IMG/VR virus record: IMGVR_UViG_3300045421_000501
Location: 1-64,000 of that record
Length of the DNA: 64,000 nucleotides
DNA from: a virus
Strand: one strand, 5' to 3'
The notes beneath the pieces are model-generated. The model ran no database searches, had not been told where the DNA came from, and was given only the letters and a program-made list of their open reading frames with translations. A program made the translations under genes and the position numbers. Below, piece by piece: positions 11,232-21,399 of the stretch. How positions within the stretch are numbered: the first letter of the stretch is position 1; every line of letters begins with the position of its first letter.

Positions 11232-11260
11232 GACCTCCTGATAAAGGAGGTCTTTTTTTA
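11232..11260 (+). terminator. Rho-independent terminator after gp23
   Basis: GACCTCCT-GATAA-AGGAGGTC hairpin followed by T7. Confidence 0.9.
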
Positions 11261-11297
11261 TGCAAATCTGCTATAAATAATAATATATTTTATTAAT

Positions 11298-11462
11298 ATG
11301 TCAAAAAATCAATTGTCAAGAGATGAAATTCGTTGTTGGGTTCAAAAACTTAAACATGAATTATATTCAGAACAACCAAATAATTACATCAAAGATCCTA
11401 AACAAATTGCTCACAGATATTTGGAAAGAGTTCTGAATAAGATCGATGAATATCGTTACTAA
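11298..11462 (+). CDS. Small hypothetical protein (54 aa, below the ORF-track cutoff)
   Basis: MSKNQLSRDEIRCWVQKLKHELY...IDEYRY; preceded by TATAAATA at 11272-11279. Confidence 0.65.
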   Translation: MSKNQLSRDEIRCWVQKLKHELYSEQPNNYIKDPKQIAHRYLERVLNKIDEYRY

Positions 11463-11486
11463 ATACAGTTAGCTTGGGAAGTTGAC

Positions 11487-12065
11487 TTGTCTGCAAATTA
11501 CACACAATCTCCATGCTCACTTCAGGGAGTATCGAATAAAAATTTTTTATCACTAATAGGATTTAAACTTATTATCAATCGATGCCCTAAAGTGAGTTTT
11601 TTATGCAATGCTGCGACTGTACCGGGACTGCAATTGGGAAATGCTAAACAGTCAACATACTTAAAAGATATTCCTATACCCGGAGATAAAATAATCTATG
11701 ACGATTTGCAAGTAAGATTTCTTGTAGATGAGGATATGGAAAATTATCTTCAACTTTATAAATGGATTACTGGATTGGGATATCCGGAAAGTTTAGATCA
11801 ATTTTCACAACTAAAAGAAAATGATAGATTCTTTCCAAGTAGTGATCCAAGAGATCCTTACAATGAAAGATCAGATGCTACTTTGCAAGTATTGAATAGT
11901 AATTTTAATTCTTCAGTTTCTTTTGGATTTAGGGATATGTACCCAACAAATTTATCTCCAATTCCTTTTGACGCAACTTTTGAATCTCAGACTTATTTTA
12001 CGGCAAGTTGTAATTTTAAGTACACTATATTTAATATTATTGATATAAATGGAAACAAAGTCTAG
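11487..12065 (+). CDS. gp3: Tail completion / tube terminator protein
   Basis: NFLSLIGFK, PIPGDKIIYDDLQVRFLVDEDMENY; position after gp23. Confidence 0.85.
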   Translation: MSANYTQSPCSLQGVSNKNFLSLIGFKLIINRCPKVSFLCNAATVPGLQLGNAKQSTYLKDIPIPGDKIIYDDLQVRFLVDEDMENYLQLYKWITGLGYPESLDQFSQLKENDRFFPSSDPRDPYNERSDATLQVLNSNFNSSVSFGFRDMYPTNLSPIPFDATFESQTYFTASCNFKYTIFNIIDINGNKV

Positions 12066-12498
12066 TATTAATTTAGAAAAAATTCAACAAATGTGGGAAC
12101 TAGATTCTCAAATAGATCCTGATAATTTGCATAATGAATCATTAAAAATTCCAGTTTTACATTCAAAATATTATAATTTATATAATACATTATTACTATT
12201 AAAAAAAAATATAGAGATACAAAAAAATAATATTCTCATACAAAGAAAAAAATATTATACAGGAAAAGCTTCTACAGAAATCTATAAGGAAGAACCATTT
12301 CCATATAAAATTCGTGATAAAGAAGATTTAAATTTATATCTAGATGTTGATGAAAAACTTTCAAAAGTTAAATTAAAAATAGAATATTATGATGTTATGC
12401 TTAGATATATTGAAGAAATTCTTCGAATGATTACGAATCGTACTTATCAAATTAAAAACGCAATCGAATGGAATAAATTTCAAGCAGGTTATGGCTGA
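12049..12498 (+). CDS. uvsY: Recombination mediator protein
   Basis: ESLKIPVLHSKY, RTYQIKNAIEW; precedes uvsW. Confidence 0.9.
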   Translation: METKSSINLEKIQQMWELDSQIDPDNLHNESLKIPVLHSKYYNLYNTLLLLKKNIEIQKNNILIQRKKYYTGKASTEIYKEEPFPYKIRDKEDLNLYLDVDEKLSKVKLKIEYYDVMLRYIEEILRMITNRTYQIKNAIEWNKFQAGYG

Positions 12499-13945
12499 TT
12501 TATCAATTCTAAAAAAGAACGAAGTATATTTGAAAATTCAATGCGAAGCACATATAAAATATGAACTTCAAGATCAATTTACATTTGAAATACCAAATGC
12601 AAAATTTATGCCTCAATACAGAAATAAGTATTGGGATGGAAAAATTCGTCTTTTTTGTATTGAGAAAGGTGAAATATATGTGGGACTTTTAGATAAATTA
12701 ATTGTTTTTTGTAAGAATCACGATTATACATTTGAATTTGAAAATAATAAATTTTACGGACTTCCATATGAAGAAAATGAAATGATCTCTGAGGAAGGAA
12801 TAAAAGATTATATGTCAAATATATGCAAATATAAACCAAGAGATTATCAATTAGATGGAGTTTTTGATGCCCTTAAAAAAAATCGAAGATTAATTATATC
12901 ACCAACTGGTTCAGGAAAATCTTTAATGATTTATTCTGTAATTCGATATCATGCAGAACAAGGAAGAAAAATTCTAATAGTTGTTCCAACTACATCTCTT
13001 GTAGAACAAATGTACAAAGATTTTGAAGATTATGGATGGGATAGCGAAAAATATTGTCATAAAATTTATTCAGGAAGAGAAAGAATTAGTGAGAAACAAG
13101 TTACTATAACAACTTGGCAATCAATCTATAAAATGGATCGAAAGTGGTTTGATCCATATGAAGTTATTGTTGGAGATGAAGCTCATCAATTTAAATCAAA
13201 ATCTTTAATTACTATAATGACTAAATTGGCAGATGCAAAATATCGTTATGGGTTTACTGGAACATTAGATGGAACTCAAACTCATAAGTGGGTCTTAGAA
13301 GGATTGTTTGGTCCATCATATAAAGTTATTAATACAAAAGAACTGCAAGATGCCGGATATTTGGCAAAATTGAGTATTAAAGTTTTACTTTTAAAACATG
13401 AACCTCAAATATTTGAAACTTATGAAGATGAAGTTCAATATCTAATTGGCAATGAAAAAAGAAATAAATTTATTCGCAATCTTATATTAGATCTAAAAGG
13501 AAATACTTTGGTTCTTTTTAGTAGAGTTCTAACTCATGGACAGATACTTTTTGATCTCATAAATAATGATAAGCGAAAAGTTTTTTTTATTCATGGTGGT
13601 GTAGACGTAGAAGAAAGAGAACAGGTTCGCAAAATAACTGAACAAGAGAATAATGCAATCATAATTGCATCTTTTGGAACTTTTAGTACTGGAATAAATA
13701 TAAAAAATTTACATAATGTAGTTTTTTCTTCACCTAGTAAATCTAGAATTAGAACTCTTCAATCAATTGGAAGAGTTCTGAGAAAAAGTGAAAATAAACT
13801 TAAAGCTGTTCTTTATGACATTGCAGACGATTGTAAAAAAGGTTCAAGATCTAATTATACTTTAAATCATCTTGTTGAGCGTATCAAATACTACAACGAG
13901 GAAAAATTTAATTATGAAATCATCCAAATCAACTTCCAAAAATAA
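12491..13945 (+). CDS. uvsW: SF2 DNA helicase
   Basis: SPTGSGKS, GDEAH, TGT, QSIGRVLR. Confidence 0.96.
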   Translation: MADLSILKKNEVYLKIQCEAHIKYELQDQFTFEIPNAKFMPQYRNKYWDGKIRLFCIEKGEIYVGLLDKLIVFCKNHDYTFEFENNKFYGLPYEENEMISEEGIKDYMSNICKYKPRDYQLDGVFDALKKNRRLIISPTGSGKSLMIYSVIRYHAEQGRKILIVVPTTSLVEQMYKDFEDYGWDSEKYCHKIYSGRERISEKQVTITTWQSIYKMDRKWFDPYEVIVGDEAHQFKSKSLITIMTKLADAKYRYGFTGTLDGTQTHKWVLEGLFGPSYKVINTKELQDAGYLAKLSIKVLLLKHEPQIFETYEDEVQYLIGNEKRNKFIRNLILDLKGNTLVLFSRVLTHGQILFDLINNDKRKVFFIHGGVDVEEREQVRKITEQENNAIIIASFGTFSTGINIKNLHNVVFSSPSKSRIRTLQSIGRVLRKSENKLKAVLYDIADDCKKGSRSNYTLNHLVERIKYYNEEKFNYEIIQINFQK

Positions 13946-14330
13946 TAACGATCAATTTTATGCATCAATTAAACTTGTAAGTGGCGAAGAAATACTTTCA
14001 TATGTTATTGTTGATGAGGTAAATGGAAATATTAAATTTTTATTAGATTCTCCAATCGTACTCAAAGATATTATAAATTTAAAAGATGGAACCAGTATTG
14101 GTTATCAATTTGAACCATGGATGAAAATACCTGAAGATGATATGTTTATTATTGATATGGAAAAAATAATTACAGTAAGTGAAATTACAAATAAAAAATT
14201 AATTGAACTTTATATAAATTTTGTTGCAAATGGTTATAGAGGTAAACATAATAAATTAACAAAGGAAATGGGATATATTTCTTCTGTTAATGAGGCTAGA
14301 TCTATATTAGAAAAACTTTATAATAATTAA
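13914..14330 (+). CDS. Conserved cyanophage hypothetical protein
   Basis: FYASIKLVSGEEI...PWMK, between uvsW and gp55; ATG 13914 preferred over the track's 13872. Confidence 0.7.
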   Translation: MKSSKSTSKNNNDQFYASIKLVSGEEILSYVIVDEVNGNIKFLLDSPIVLKDIINLKDGTSIGYQFEPWMKIPEDDMFIIDMEKIITVSEITNKKLIELYINFVANGYRGKHNKLTKEMGYISSVNEARSILEKLYNN

Positions 14331-14382
14331 ACCTATTATATTTTTAACTCCGACAGAGTTATTATACTGATATTCCAAAGAC

Positions 14383-14412
14383 TTGTCAAGCCCTATACAA
14401 ATATGCTATAAT
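14383..14412 (+). promoter_or_regulatory. Sigma70-like early promoter for gp55
   Basis: TTGTCA-N18-TATAAT with extended TG. Confidence 0.6.
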
Positions 14413-14441
14413 GATTATTATGAAAAGTAAATTTATTAAAA

Positions 14442-14918
14442 ATGACTGTAATGGTAAAAAAGAGATCTGAACATTATGTAAATAATAAAGAATTTTTACA
14501 TGCCCTAATTGTCTATAGGAACAAAGTAAAAGAAGCAAAAGAAAATGGAAATACAAAACCAAGAATTACAAATTACCTTGGGGAATGTTTTTTGAAGATT
14601 GCGACTCATTTGTCATATAAACCAAATTTTGTAAATTATATGTTTAAGGATGATATGATTTGCGATGGAATTGAAAACTGTGTTCAATATATTCATAACT
14701 TTGATCCAGAAAAATCTTCAAATCCATTTGCATATTTTACTCAAGTTATTCATTATGCTTTTTTGAGAAGAATACAAAAGGAAAAGAAACAATTAGAAAT
14801 TAAACAAAAAATAATTGAAAGAACTGGATACGATGAAGTTTTTGTTGCCGATGAACATGGTGACACTACTAGCTATAATCAAATCAAAGATGCGATTCAA
14901 TACAGATCTAATCGATGA
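14442..14918 (+). CDS. gp55: Late-transcription sigma factor
   Basis: HYVNNKEF, DMICDGIENC, NPFAYFTQ, AFLRRIQKEKKQ. Confidence 0.96.
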   Translation: MTVMVKKRSEHYVNNKEFLHALIVYRNKVKEAKENGNTKPRITNYLGECFLKIATHLSYKPNFVNYMFKDDMICDGIENCVQYIHNFDPEKSSNPFAYFTQVIHYAFLRRIQKEKKQLEIKQKIIERTGYDEVFVADEHGDTTSYNQIKDAIQYRSNR

Positions 14919-15955
14919 AAGTAGCAATCATAACAGATCAACATTTTGGATTCAAAAAGGGATCAAAACTTTATCATGATTATTTTCTTAAATTTTATAA
15001 TCAAGTTTTTTTTCCATATTTGGGAAAAAATAAAATTACTACTATTCTTGATTTGGGTGATACTTTTGATAGTCGTAAGACTATTGATTTTTATTCTCTC
15101 GACTGGGCAAAGAAAAATTATTTCGATGTTATTCGAGACAATAAAATACAGTTGTATAGTGTTGTGGGAAATCACACCGCATTTTATAAAAATACCAATG
15201 AAATTAATACTATCGACTTACTTTTACGAGAGTATGATAATATTACAGTTATTCATGAGACCACAGAAATAAAAATTGATAATTTAAACATTCTTTTTAT
15301 TCCATGGATAAATTCTGAAAACGAGCAAATTACAATTAAAAAAATAAATGAAACCAAATCTAAAGTCGCAATGGGACATTTAGAATTAAATGGATTTTAT
15401 TCACATATTGGACATGTAATGGAAGATGGAAATGATTCCACTCCATACGATAAATTTGATAGAGTATTTTCGGGGCATTATCATACTCGTTCAAACAATG
15501 GAAAAATTTTTTATTTGGGAAATCCATATCAGATGTTTTGGAATGATCTTTCCGATATTCGGGGATTTCATATTTTTGATACAGAAACTTATAACCTCGT
15601 TGCAGTAAATAATCCATTTGATTTATATAAAATTATTCACTATGATGATACTCCATATCAAATATTTAATTTTTCAGAATGCGAAGGTAAAATACTTAAG
15701 TTACTTGTAAAAAATAAGTCAGATAAAAATCAATATGAAAAATTTATAGAATGTATATTGAAAGCAAATCCAGCAGATTTGAAAATAGTAGAAAAAATAA
15801 ACTCAGTTTATCTTGAAGATGAATTTTTAGAACAGACAGAAGATACATTTACAATATTAGATAAGTATATTGAAGAATTAGATACAAATCTAAATAAAGC
15901 TAAGATGAAGAATCTAATAAAAGATATCTATCAACAAGCTTGCGAGGTAATGTAA
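14915..15955 (+). CDS. gp47: Recombination endonuclease subunit (Mre11-like)
   Basis: ITDQHFG, LGDTFD, GNH, SGHYH metallophosphoesterase motifs. Confidence 0.95.
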   Translation: MKVAIITDQHFGFKKGSKLYHDYFLKFYNQVFFPYLGKNKITTILDLGDTFDSRKTIDFYSLDWAKKNYFDVIRDNKIQLYSVVGNHTAFYKNTNEINTIDLLLREYDNITVIHETTEIKIDNLNILFIPWINSENEQITIKKINETKSKVAMGHLELNGFYSHIGHVMEDGNDSTPYDKFDRVFSGHYHTRSNNGKIFYLGNPYQMFWNDLSDIRGFHIFDTETYNLVAVNNPFDLYKIIHYDDTPYQIFNFSECEGKILKLLVKNKSDKNQYEKFIECILKANPADLKIVEKINSVYLEDEFLEQTEDTFTILDKYIEELDTNLNKAKMKNLIKDIYQQACEVM

Positions 15956-16221
15956 TGTATATCATTTCAGTAGAAGGAATGGAGGATGGTGCATATGCAG
16001 TACAAAATGAAAATGGAGATAAAGTAGTTTTTTTCTTTGAGGAACTTGATGATGCAAAAAGATATGCTATGATGTTAGAAGAAGATCAACATCCTTCAAT
16101 GTGTGTTCTTGAGGTTAATTCAAAACGAGCAGTTGAAGTATGTGAAAAAACGGGAGTAAAATATACAATAATAACTGGAAATGACATCGTAATTCCACCA
16201 TCTGAAGATGATTACATTTAA
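15955..16221 (+). CDS. Conserved hypothetical protein
   Basis: GAYAV...FEELDDAKRYAMML...DIVIPP, between gp47 and gp46. Confidence 0.7.
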   Translation: MYIISVEGMEDGAYAVQNENGDKVVFFFEELDDAKRYAMMLEEDQHPSMCVLEVNSKRAVEVCEKTGVKYTIITGNDIVIPPSEDDYI

Positions 16222-17920
16222 AAAAATAAAGTATAAAAATTTCCTTTCATCCGGAAATATTTTTACATCAATAGATTTAAACAAAACAAATAATACTTTA
16301 ATTGTTGGTCAAAATGGATCGGGTAAAAGTACAATTTTAGATGCTCTTTGTTTTTGTTTATTCAATAAACCATTTCGAAAAATTAATAAAAATCAATTAA
16401 TAAATTCTATAAATGAAAAAGATTGTATTGCAGAAGTTGAATTTTCAATAAACGAATCCAATTATAAAATTATCAGAGGAATAAAACCAAATATATTTGA
16501 AATCTATGTAAATGGAGTTAAATTGAATGAAGATTCTTCTTCTGTTGATCAGCAAAAAATATTAGAACAAACTATTTTAAAACTAAATTATAAATCATTT
16601 ACTCAGATTGTAATTCTTGGAAGTGCTTCGTTTGTTCCTTTTATGCAACTCGCATCTTCACATCGAAGAGAAATAATTGAAGATTTACTTGATATTAAAG
16701 TATTTTCTGCAATGTTGGATATCATTAAAGTAAAAATAAAAGATTCTAAAGATACATTAAAAACTTTAGAATTAAAAAAAGAAAATGTTGCAGAAAAAAT
16801 TATTATGCAACAGGATTTTATTAAATCAATTGAAGAGAGTGGACAAAAAGATATTCAAGAAAAAAATAATAAGATAGTTGAATGTCAAAATGAAATCATT
16901 GAATATAATCAAAAGGTAGAAAATCTTTTATCTTTAGTCAAAGAAAAGCAAGAAGAAACTAAAAAATATTGTGATGCATCAGAAACGCTTCGTAAACTTG
17001 GAACATACAAAGAAAAAATATCAAATAAAAAACAAAACTCAAATGAAGATTTAAATTTTTTCAATAAAAATTCGGTTTGCCCTACATGCACACAAAATAT
17101 TGAAGAAGATTTCAGAGTAAATAGAATTAAAGAACTTCAAGAAATTCTTGATACATATGAAAAGAATCTTCATCAAATTGAAGAAACTCTTGAAAAAGAA
17201 GAATTTCGAGAAAAAACTTTTTCTGATCTTCAAGGAGAAATTACCAATTTACAAAATGAAATTTCAAAAATTAATATTAAAATTTCTAACTCAAATAAAT
17301 TACGAAATAATCTTGAACAAGAAATTCAAACTATTACCAATAGAATTGAAAACACAAATACTGAACATGAAAAATTAAGTGAATATAAAAAAAATTTGAA
17401 AGATATATTATCAGAACTGCAGAATATAAAAAATAATTATGATTATTATCTTCAAGTTAATTACCTACTAAAAGATGATGGAGTTAAAAGTAATATTATT
17501 CGCAAGTATCTTCCACTTATAAATCAGCAGGTAAATAAGTATTTGGAATTGATGGATTTTTACATCAATTTTAATTTGGATGAAGAATTCAATGAAAGAA
17601 TCGAAACTCCTATTCATGAAAAATTTTCATATGCATCTTTTTCTGAAGGTGAAAAAATGAGAATTGATTTATCTCTATTGTTTACTTGGAGAGAAATTGC
17701 AAAAATGAAAAATAGTGTAGTTACAAATTTATTAATTATGGATGAAGTATTTGATAGTTCATTGGATGGAATGGGAACAGATGAATTTATGAAAATTATT
17801 AAGTTTATTGTAAAGGATGCAAATATATTTGTAATTAGTCACAAGAATGAACTTCACGATAAGTTTGAAACAGTTTTAGAGTTTGAAAAAATTAAAGGAT
17901 TTTCTCAAATAAAAACTTGA
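16208..17920 (+). CDS. gp46: Recombination ATPase subunit (Rad50-like)
   Basis: GQNGSGKST, CPTC zinc hook, FSEGEKMRIDL, MDEVFDSSLD. Confidence 0.96.
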   Translation: MITFKKIKYKNFLSSGNIFTSIDLNKTNNTLIVGQNGSGKSTILDALCFCLFNKPFRKINKNQLINSINEKDCIAEVEFSINESNYKIIRGIKPNIFEIYVNGVKLNEDSSSVDQQKILEQTILKLNYKSFTQIVILGSASFVPFMQLASSHRREIIEDLLDIKVFSAMLDIIKVKIKDSKDTLKTLELKKENVAEKIIMQQDFIKSIEESGQKDIQEKNNKIVECQNEIIEYNQKVENLLSLVKEKQEETKKYCDASETLRKLGTYKEKISNKKQNSNEDLNFFNKNSVCPTCTQNIEEDFRVNRIKELQEILDTYEKNLHQIEETLEKEEFREKTFSDLQGEITNLQNEISKINIKISNSNKLRNNLEQEIQTITNRIENTNTEHEKLSEYKKNLKDILSELQNIKNNYDYYLQVNYLLKDDGVKSNIIRKYLPLINQQVNKYLELMDFYINFNLDEEFNERIETPIHEKFSYASFSEGEKMRIDLSLLFTWREIAKMKNSVVTNLLIMDEVFDSSLDGMGTDEFMKIIKFIVKDANIFVISHKNELHDKFETVLEFEKIKGFSQIKT

Positions 17921-17945
17921 CATCTGTTTATTTTTTCTATATAAT
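17917..17945 (+). promoter_or_regulatory. Sigma70-like early promoter for hli
   Basis: TTGACA-N17-TATAAT, perfect consensus. Confidence 0.8.
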
Positions 17946-17968
17946 GTGGTTGAAAATCTTCAAATATT

Positions 17969-18187
17969 ATGACAGTAACGACTGAAGATGGCGGACGCCA
18001 AAACATGTTCGCTAAAGAACCAAAAATGTACATCGATTCTGAGGTAAAAAATCAAATGGAAAACAATGTCTATGAAACTCATAACGAACGAGCAGAAAAA
18101 TTGAATGGAAGACTTGCAATGCTCGGCATAATTGCTGCTCTAGGAGCATATGAACTTACCGGACAACTTATTCCTGGTATTTGGTAA
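17969..18187 (+). CDS. hli: High-light-inducible protein
   Basis: AEKLNGRLAMLG chlorophyll-binding helix and TGQLIPGIW C-terminus. Confidence 0.93.
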   Translation: MTVTTEDGGRQNMFAKEPKMYIDSEVKNQMENNVYETHNERAEKLNGRLAMLGIIAALGAYELTGQLIPGIW

Positions 18188-18190
18188 TAT

Positions 18191-18214
18191 AAAGGGGATC
18201 TAATGATCCCCTTT
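18191..18214. terminator. Terminator hairpin after hli, possibly bidirectional
   Basis: AAAGGGGATC-TAAT-GATCCCCTTT perfect inverted repeat. Confidence 0.8.
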
Positions 18215-18333
18215 ATCATTATTTACACCAATGACATTTTGGATCAATCATTAATATTATTTGAATGTGTTTTATTTATTTAAATATTTGCGATTATCGA
18301 TATGATATGCTATAATGCTGGTTGAACTTTATT

Positions 18334-18651
18334 ATGATGGATATGTCTAACAACGAGTTTTGGAAATATAATGAGGATTTAACACTGAAAATAATAGAAG
18401 AATATATTAAGGGAACATATAATTCTCATTATGCATCTGATAAATCTAAAGTTCAAGTTTTGGATATTATTGATGCTATTGGAGATGGAATTCCATTCTG
18501 CAGAACAAATTTAATTAAATATTCGGCTAGATTTGGTAAAAAGAATGGATTTTCAAAATTGGATGCAATGAAGATTATTCATTATGGCATTCTTCTTTAT
18601 CACTTTGCTGGATTTCACACTAATATTAAAAATAATAATGAAAATTTCTGA
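18334..18651 (+). CDS. Conserved hypothetical protein (DUF3310-like)
   Basis: FWKYNED, TYNSHY, IKYSARFGKK, KIIHYGILL; start uncertain (18322/18334/18343). Confidence 0.65.
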   Translation: MMDMSNNEFWKYNEDLTLKIIEEYIKGTYNSHYASDKSKVQVLDIIDAIGDGIPFCRTNLIKYSARFGKKNGFSKLDAMKIIHYGILLYHFAGFHTNIKNNNENF

Positions 18652-19309
18652 TAAAACTCTTTCAATTCTTAAAAATTTTTCTCAAATCAATCAATCAATT
18701 TCCTTCAAAGAAGGTAAAAAATTAAAAACAATGTCTGTAATGAGAAATATTCTTGCAGAAGCAAATATTGAAGAATACATTCCAAAAGATTTTGCAATTT
18801 ACGATCTTCCTCAATTTTTGAATAGCATTTTTCTTCATGCGGATCCTGAAATTGATTTGAATGAAGAAAATTATATGACTATTCGAGATGGTAAAACTCG
18901 TAGGTCAAAATATTTTTTCTCAGATCCAAGTGTAATTGTTGCACCTCCAGATAAAGAAATTGATTTTCCTAGTCTAGACGTTTGTTTTATTTTACAACAG
19001 CAGCAATTAGATAAGATTATTAAAGCATCTAATATTCTACAACTTCCAGATTTATGTGTTATTGGAGAATCTGGAGTTGTAAAAATGATTGCTACCGATA
19101 AAAGAAATGAAACATCAAATAACTACTCCGTAATTGTTGGTGAAGCAGAAAATAATTTTTGCTTTAATTTTAAGTTTGAAAATATTAAAATTGTTCCGAG
19201 TACATATGAAGTAACGATTTCTAAAAAGGGAATTGCAAAATTTTTTTCAAACGACTATAATCTAACTTACTATATTGCTCTTGAACCAGATTCAATTTTT
19301 GAAGAATGA
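18638..19309 (+). CDS. gp45: Sliding clamp
   Basis: MKISDKTLSILKNFSQINQSI, FAIYDL, YYIALEPDS; ATG 18638. Confidence 0.95.
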   Translation: MKISDKTLSILKNFSQINQSISFKEGKKLKTMSVMRNILAEANIEEYIPKDFAIYDLPQFLNSIFLHADPEIDLNEENYMTIRDGKTRRSKYFFSDPSVIVAPPDKEIDFPSLDVCFILQQQQLDKIIKASNILQLPDLCVIGESGVVKMIATDKRNETSNNYSVIVGEAENNFCFNFKFENIKIVPSTYEVTISKKGIAKFFSNDYNLTYYIALEPDSIFEE

Positions 19310-19845
19310 ATATTTTCGTTGTAGATTCAAATCCAAGAGTTGCTGCTCAGCAACTTCCTGATAAGCATGTTGTAAAAATGCCTTTAGAAACTTGTCAAAT
19401 GGTTTCTATTATCTTTTCAAATTGGTATTGGAATTGGGGTAAAATTCATAAGATAGATGGAACTCCATACAGCACAGAAAAGGGTGCTTTTCGTAATCAT
19501 CCATGTACTGTGTGGGCTGCTTCAGATGTTGTTAATTTTGCTTGGTTACTTACTCATGGATTTGAACTCTGCGATGAATATACATATCGTTATGAAAAAA
19601 AACATTCTTGTCAAAATACTTTAGAAGAAGCAATGACAATTTTTCATGATGAAAGTCAAATACCAATTTCGGATTATCAAAATGTAAAAGAGTTTACTCG
19701 TGCAATGCCAGATGACTTGAAAAATAATACAGATATTGATACAATTACTGCATATCGTAAATATGTTGCTTCTAAACCTTGGGTAAAGGATAACTACTTA
19801 CGAAAACCTGAAAGAACTCCTGATTGGATGATTAATTATGCGTGA
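19306..19845 (+). CDS. Pyrimidine-dimer DNA glycosylase-family protein (DenV-like)
   Basis: MNIF...DKHVVKMPLETCQM, HPCTVW, EYTYRYEKKH, AMPD. Confidence 0.65.
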   Translation: MNIFVVDSNPRVAAQQLPDKHVVKMPLETCQMVSIIFSNWYWNWGKIHKIDGTPYSTEKGAFRNHPCTVWAASDVVNFAWLLTHGFELCDEYTYRYEKKHSCQNTLEEAMTIFHDESQIPISDYQNVKEFTRAMPDDLKNNTDIDTITAYRKYVASKPWVKDNYLRKPERTPDWMINYA

Positions 19846-20782
19846 TGATTTTTTGTGGGTAGAAAAGTATCGTCCAAAAACAGTCGAGGAATGCATACTT
19901 CCCATAGACATTAAGGATGCATTTGAAGGATTTTTGCAACAGGGAGAAATTCCAAATCTTCTTCTTTCCGGATCTGCTGGGTCTGGAAAAACTACTGTAG
20001 CAAAAGCAATTTGTGAACAATTGGGATGTGATTATATTTTAATAAATGGATCTGATGAAGGTCGATTTATAGACACTGTACGCAATACAATTAAAAATTA
20101 TGCTTCGACCGTTTCATTACAAACAACTTCTAAGCACAAAGTCATCATTATTGACGAAGCTGATAATACGACCAACGATGTTCAACTCTGTTTACGGGCG
20201 AACATTGAGGCGTTTCATGCAAATTGCAGATTTATATTCACCTGCAACTACAAAAATAAAATTATCGAACCCCTACATTCACGTTGTTCCTGCCTGGAGT
20301 TTGGAATTAAAGGAAATGAAAAAATCAGAATTGCTACAAAATTCTTTAGACGAGTATGCGAAATCTTGGTTGAGGAAAATATTAAATTCGATGAAAAAGT
20401 AGTTGCAGAATTAATTAATAAGTATTTCCCAGATTGGAGAAGACTTCTAAATGAACTTCAGAGGTATTCTTCAAATGGTGAAATAGGTGTGAGTATTCTT
20501 GTAGATAAAAATTCTTTTTCTACAAATGAACTTATAAAATCATTGAAAACTAAACAATTTTTGAATGTTCGCAAATGGATTGTTCAAAATTTAGATAGTG
20601 ATCCAAATGTTATTCTCAAAAATGTCTATAATTGTTTATATGATCATATGAAGGAAAACTCTATTCCCGAAGCAGTTTTAATTATTGCCAAATATCAATA
20701 TCAAACTGCATTTGTTGCAGATCATGAAATTAATCTTCTTGCTGCATTAACTGAACTTATGTGTAACTGTGAATTCAAATGA
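19838..20782 (+). CDS. gp44: Clamp loader large subunit
   Basis: LWVEKYRP, GSAGSGKTT, IIIDEAD, PLHSRC. Confidence 0.96.
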   Translation: MRDDFLWVEKYRPKTVEECILPIDIKDAFEGFLQQGEIPNLLLSGSAGSGKTTVAKAICEQLGCDYILINGSDEGRFIDTVRNTIKNYASTVSLQTTSKHKVIIIDEADNTTNDVQLCLRANIEAFHANCRFIFTCNYKNKIIEPLHSRCSCLEFGIKGNEKIRIATKFFRRVCEILVEENIKFDEKVVAELINKYFPDWRRLLNELQRYSSNGEIGVSILVDKNSFSTNELIKSLKTKQFLNVRKWIVQNLDSDPNVILKNVYNCLYDHMKENSIPEAVLIIAKYQYQTAFVADHEINLLAALTELMCNCEFK

Positions 20783-21399
20783 CTGGTATGATTCTTCGTC
20801 CATTCGGACCAACAATGTATCGAAATAAAATTTCTGATCGAATGCGTGATGAAATCAATGAGGCAGCACAAAATTCTCAAGTTGAAAATAACAATTTACT
20901 CGCAGGAAATATTGACAGAGAAGTTCAATATTTAATTAGTGAAGAAACTAATTTAGAATTGCGAGAATTTGTTTTAGATTATGTGGATCAAATGGCAAAA
21001 GTCGGTTCATATAATCCTCCTGTAGATCATGTTCTTTCCGGAATTGCTTTAGATAAACCTTGGGTGAATGTTCAAAAAAAGGGTGAATGGAATCCTCCTC
21101 ATATTCATGCAGGAGATTTTTCTTGTGTTGCTTATTCAAAAATTCCTGATGAATTGAAAGATGAATGGAAACATCCTACTCAAAGAGGAAGAAATCCAGT
21201 AGGAGGTAAAATTGAATGGCAATATGGAATGTGGGCACCACATAATCTTCATGCATTTGGACCTGTTGAACCTGAGGAGAAAGATATTTACTTTTTTCCC
21301 GCTTGGTTAATACATTATGTTTATCCATTCAATTCCGATGTAGAACGAATTAGTTTTTCTACTAATTTCTTTTTGAATTATTCGTATGAGCAAACTTAA
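20779..21399 (+). CDS. 2OG-Fe(II) oxygenase-family protein
   Basis: WVN...WNPPHIH, FFPAWLIHYVYP, RISFSTN. Confidence 0.8.
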   Translation: MTGMILRPFGPTMYRNKISDRMRDEINEAAQNSQVENNNLLAGNIDREVQYLISEETNLELREFVLDYVDQMAKVGSYNPPVDHVLSGIALDKPWVNVQKKGEWNPPHIHAGDFSCVAYSKIPDELKDEWKHPTQRGRNPVGGKIEWQYGMWAPHNLHAFGPVEPEEKDIYFFPAWLIHYVYPFNSDVERISFSTNFFLNYSYEQT

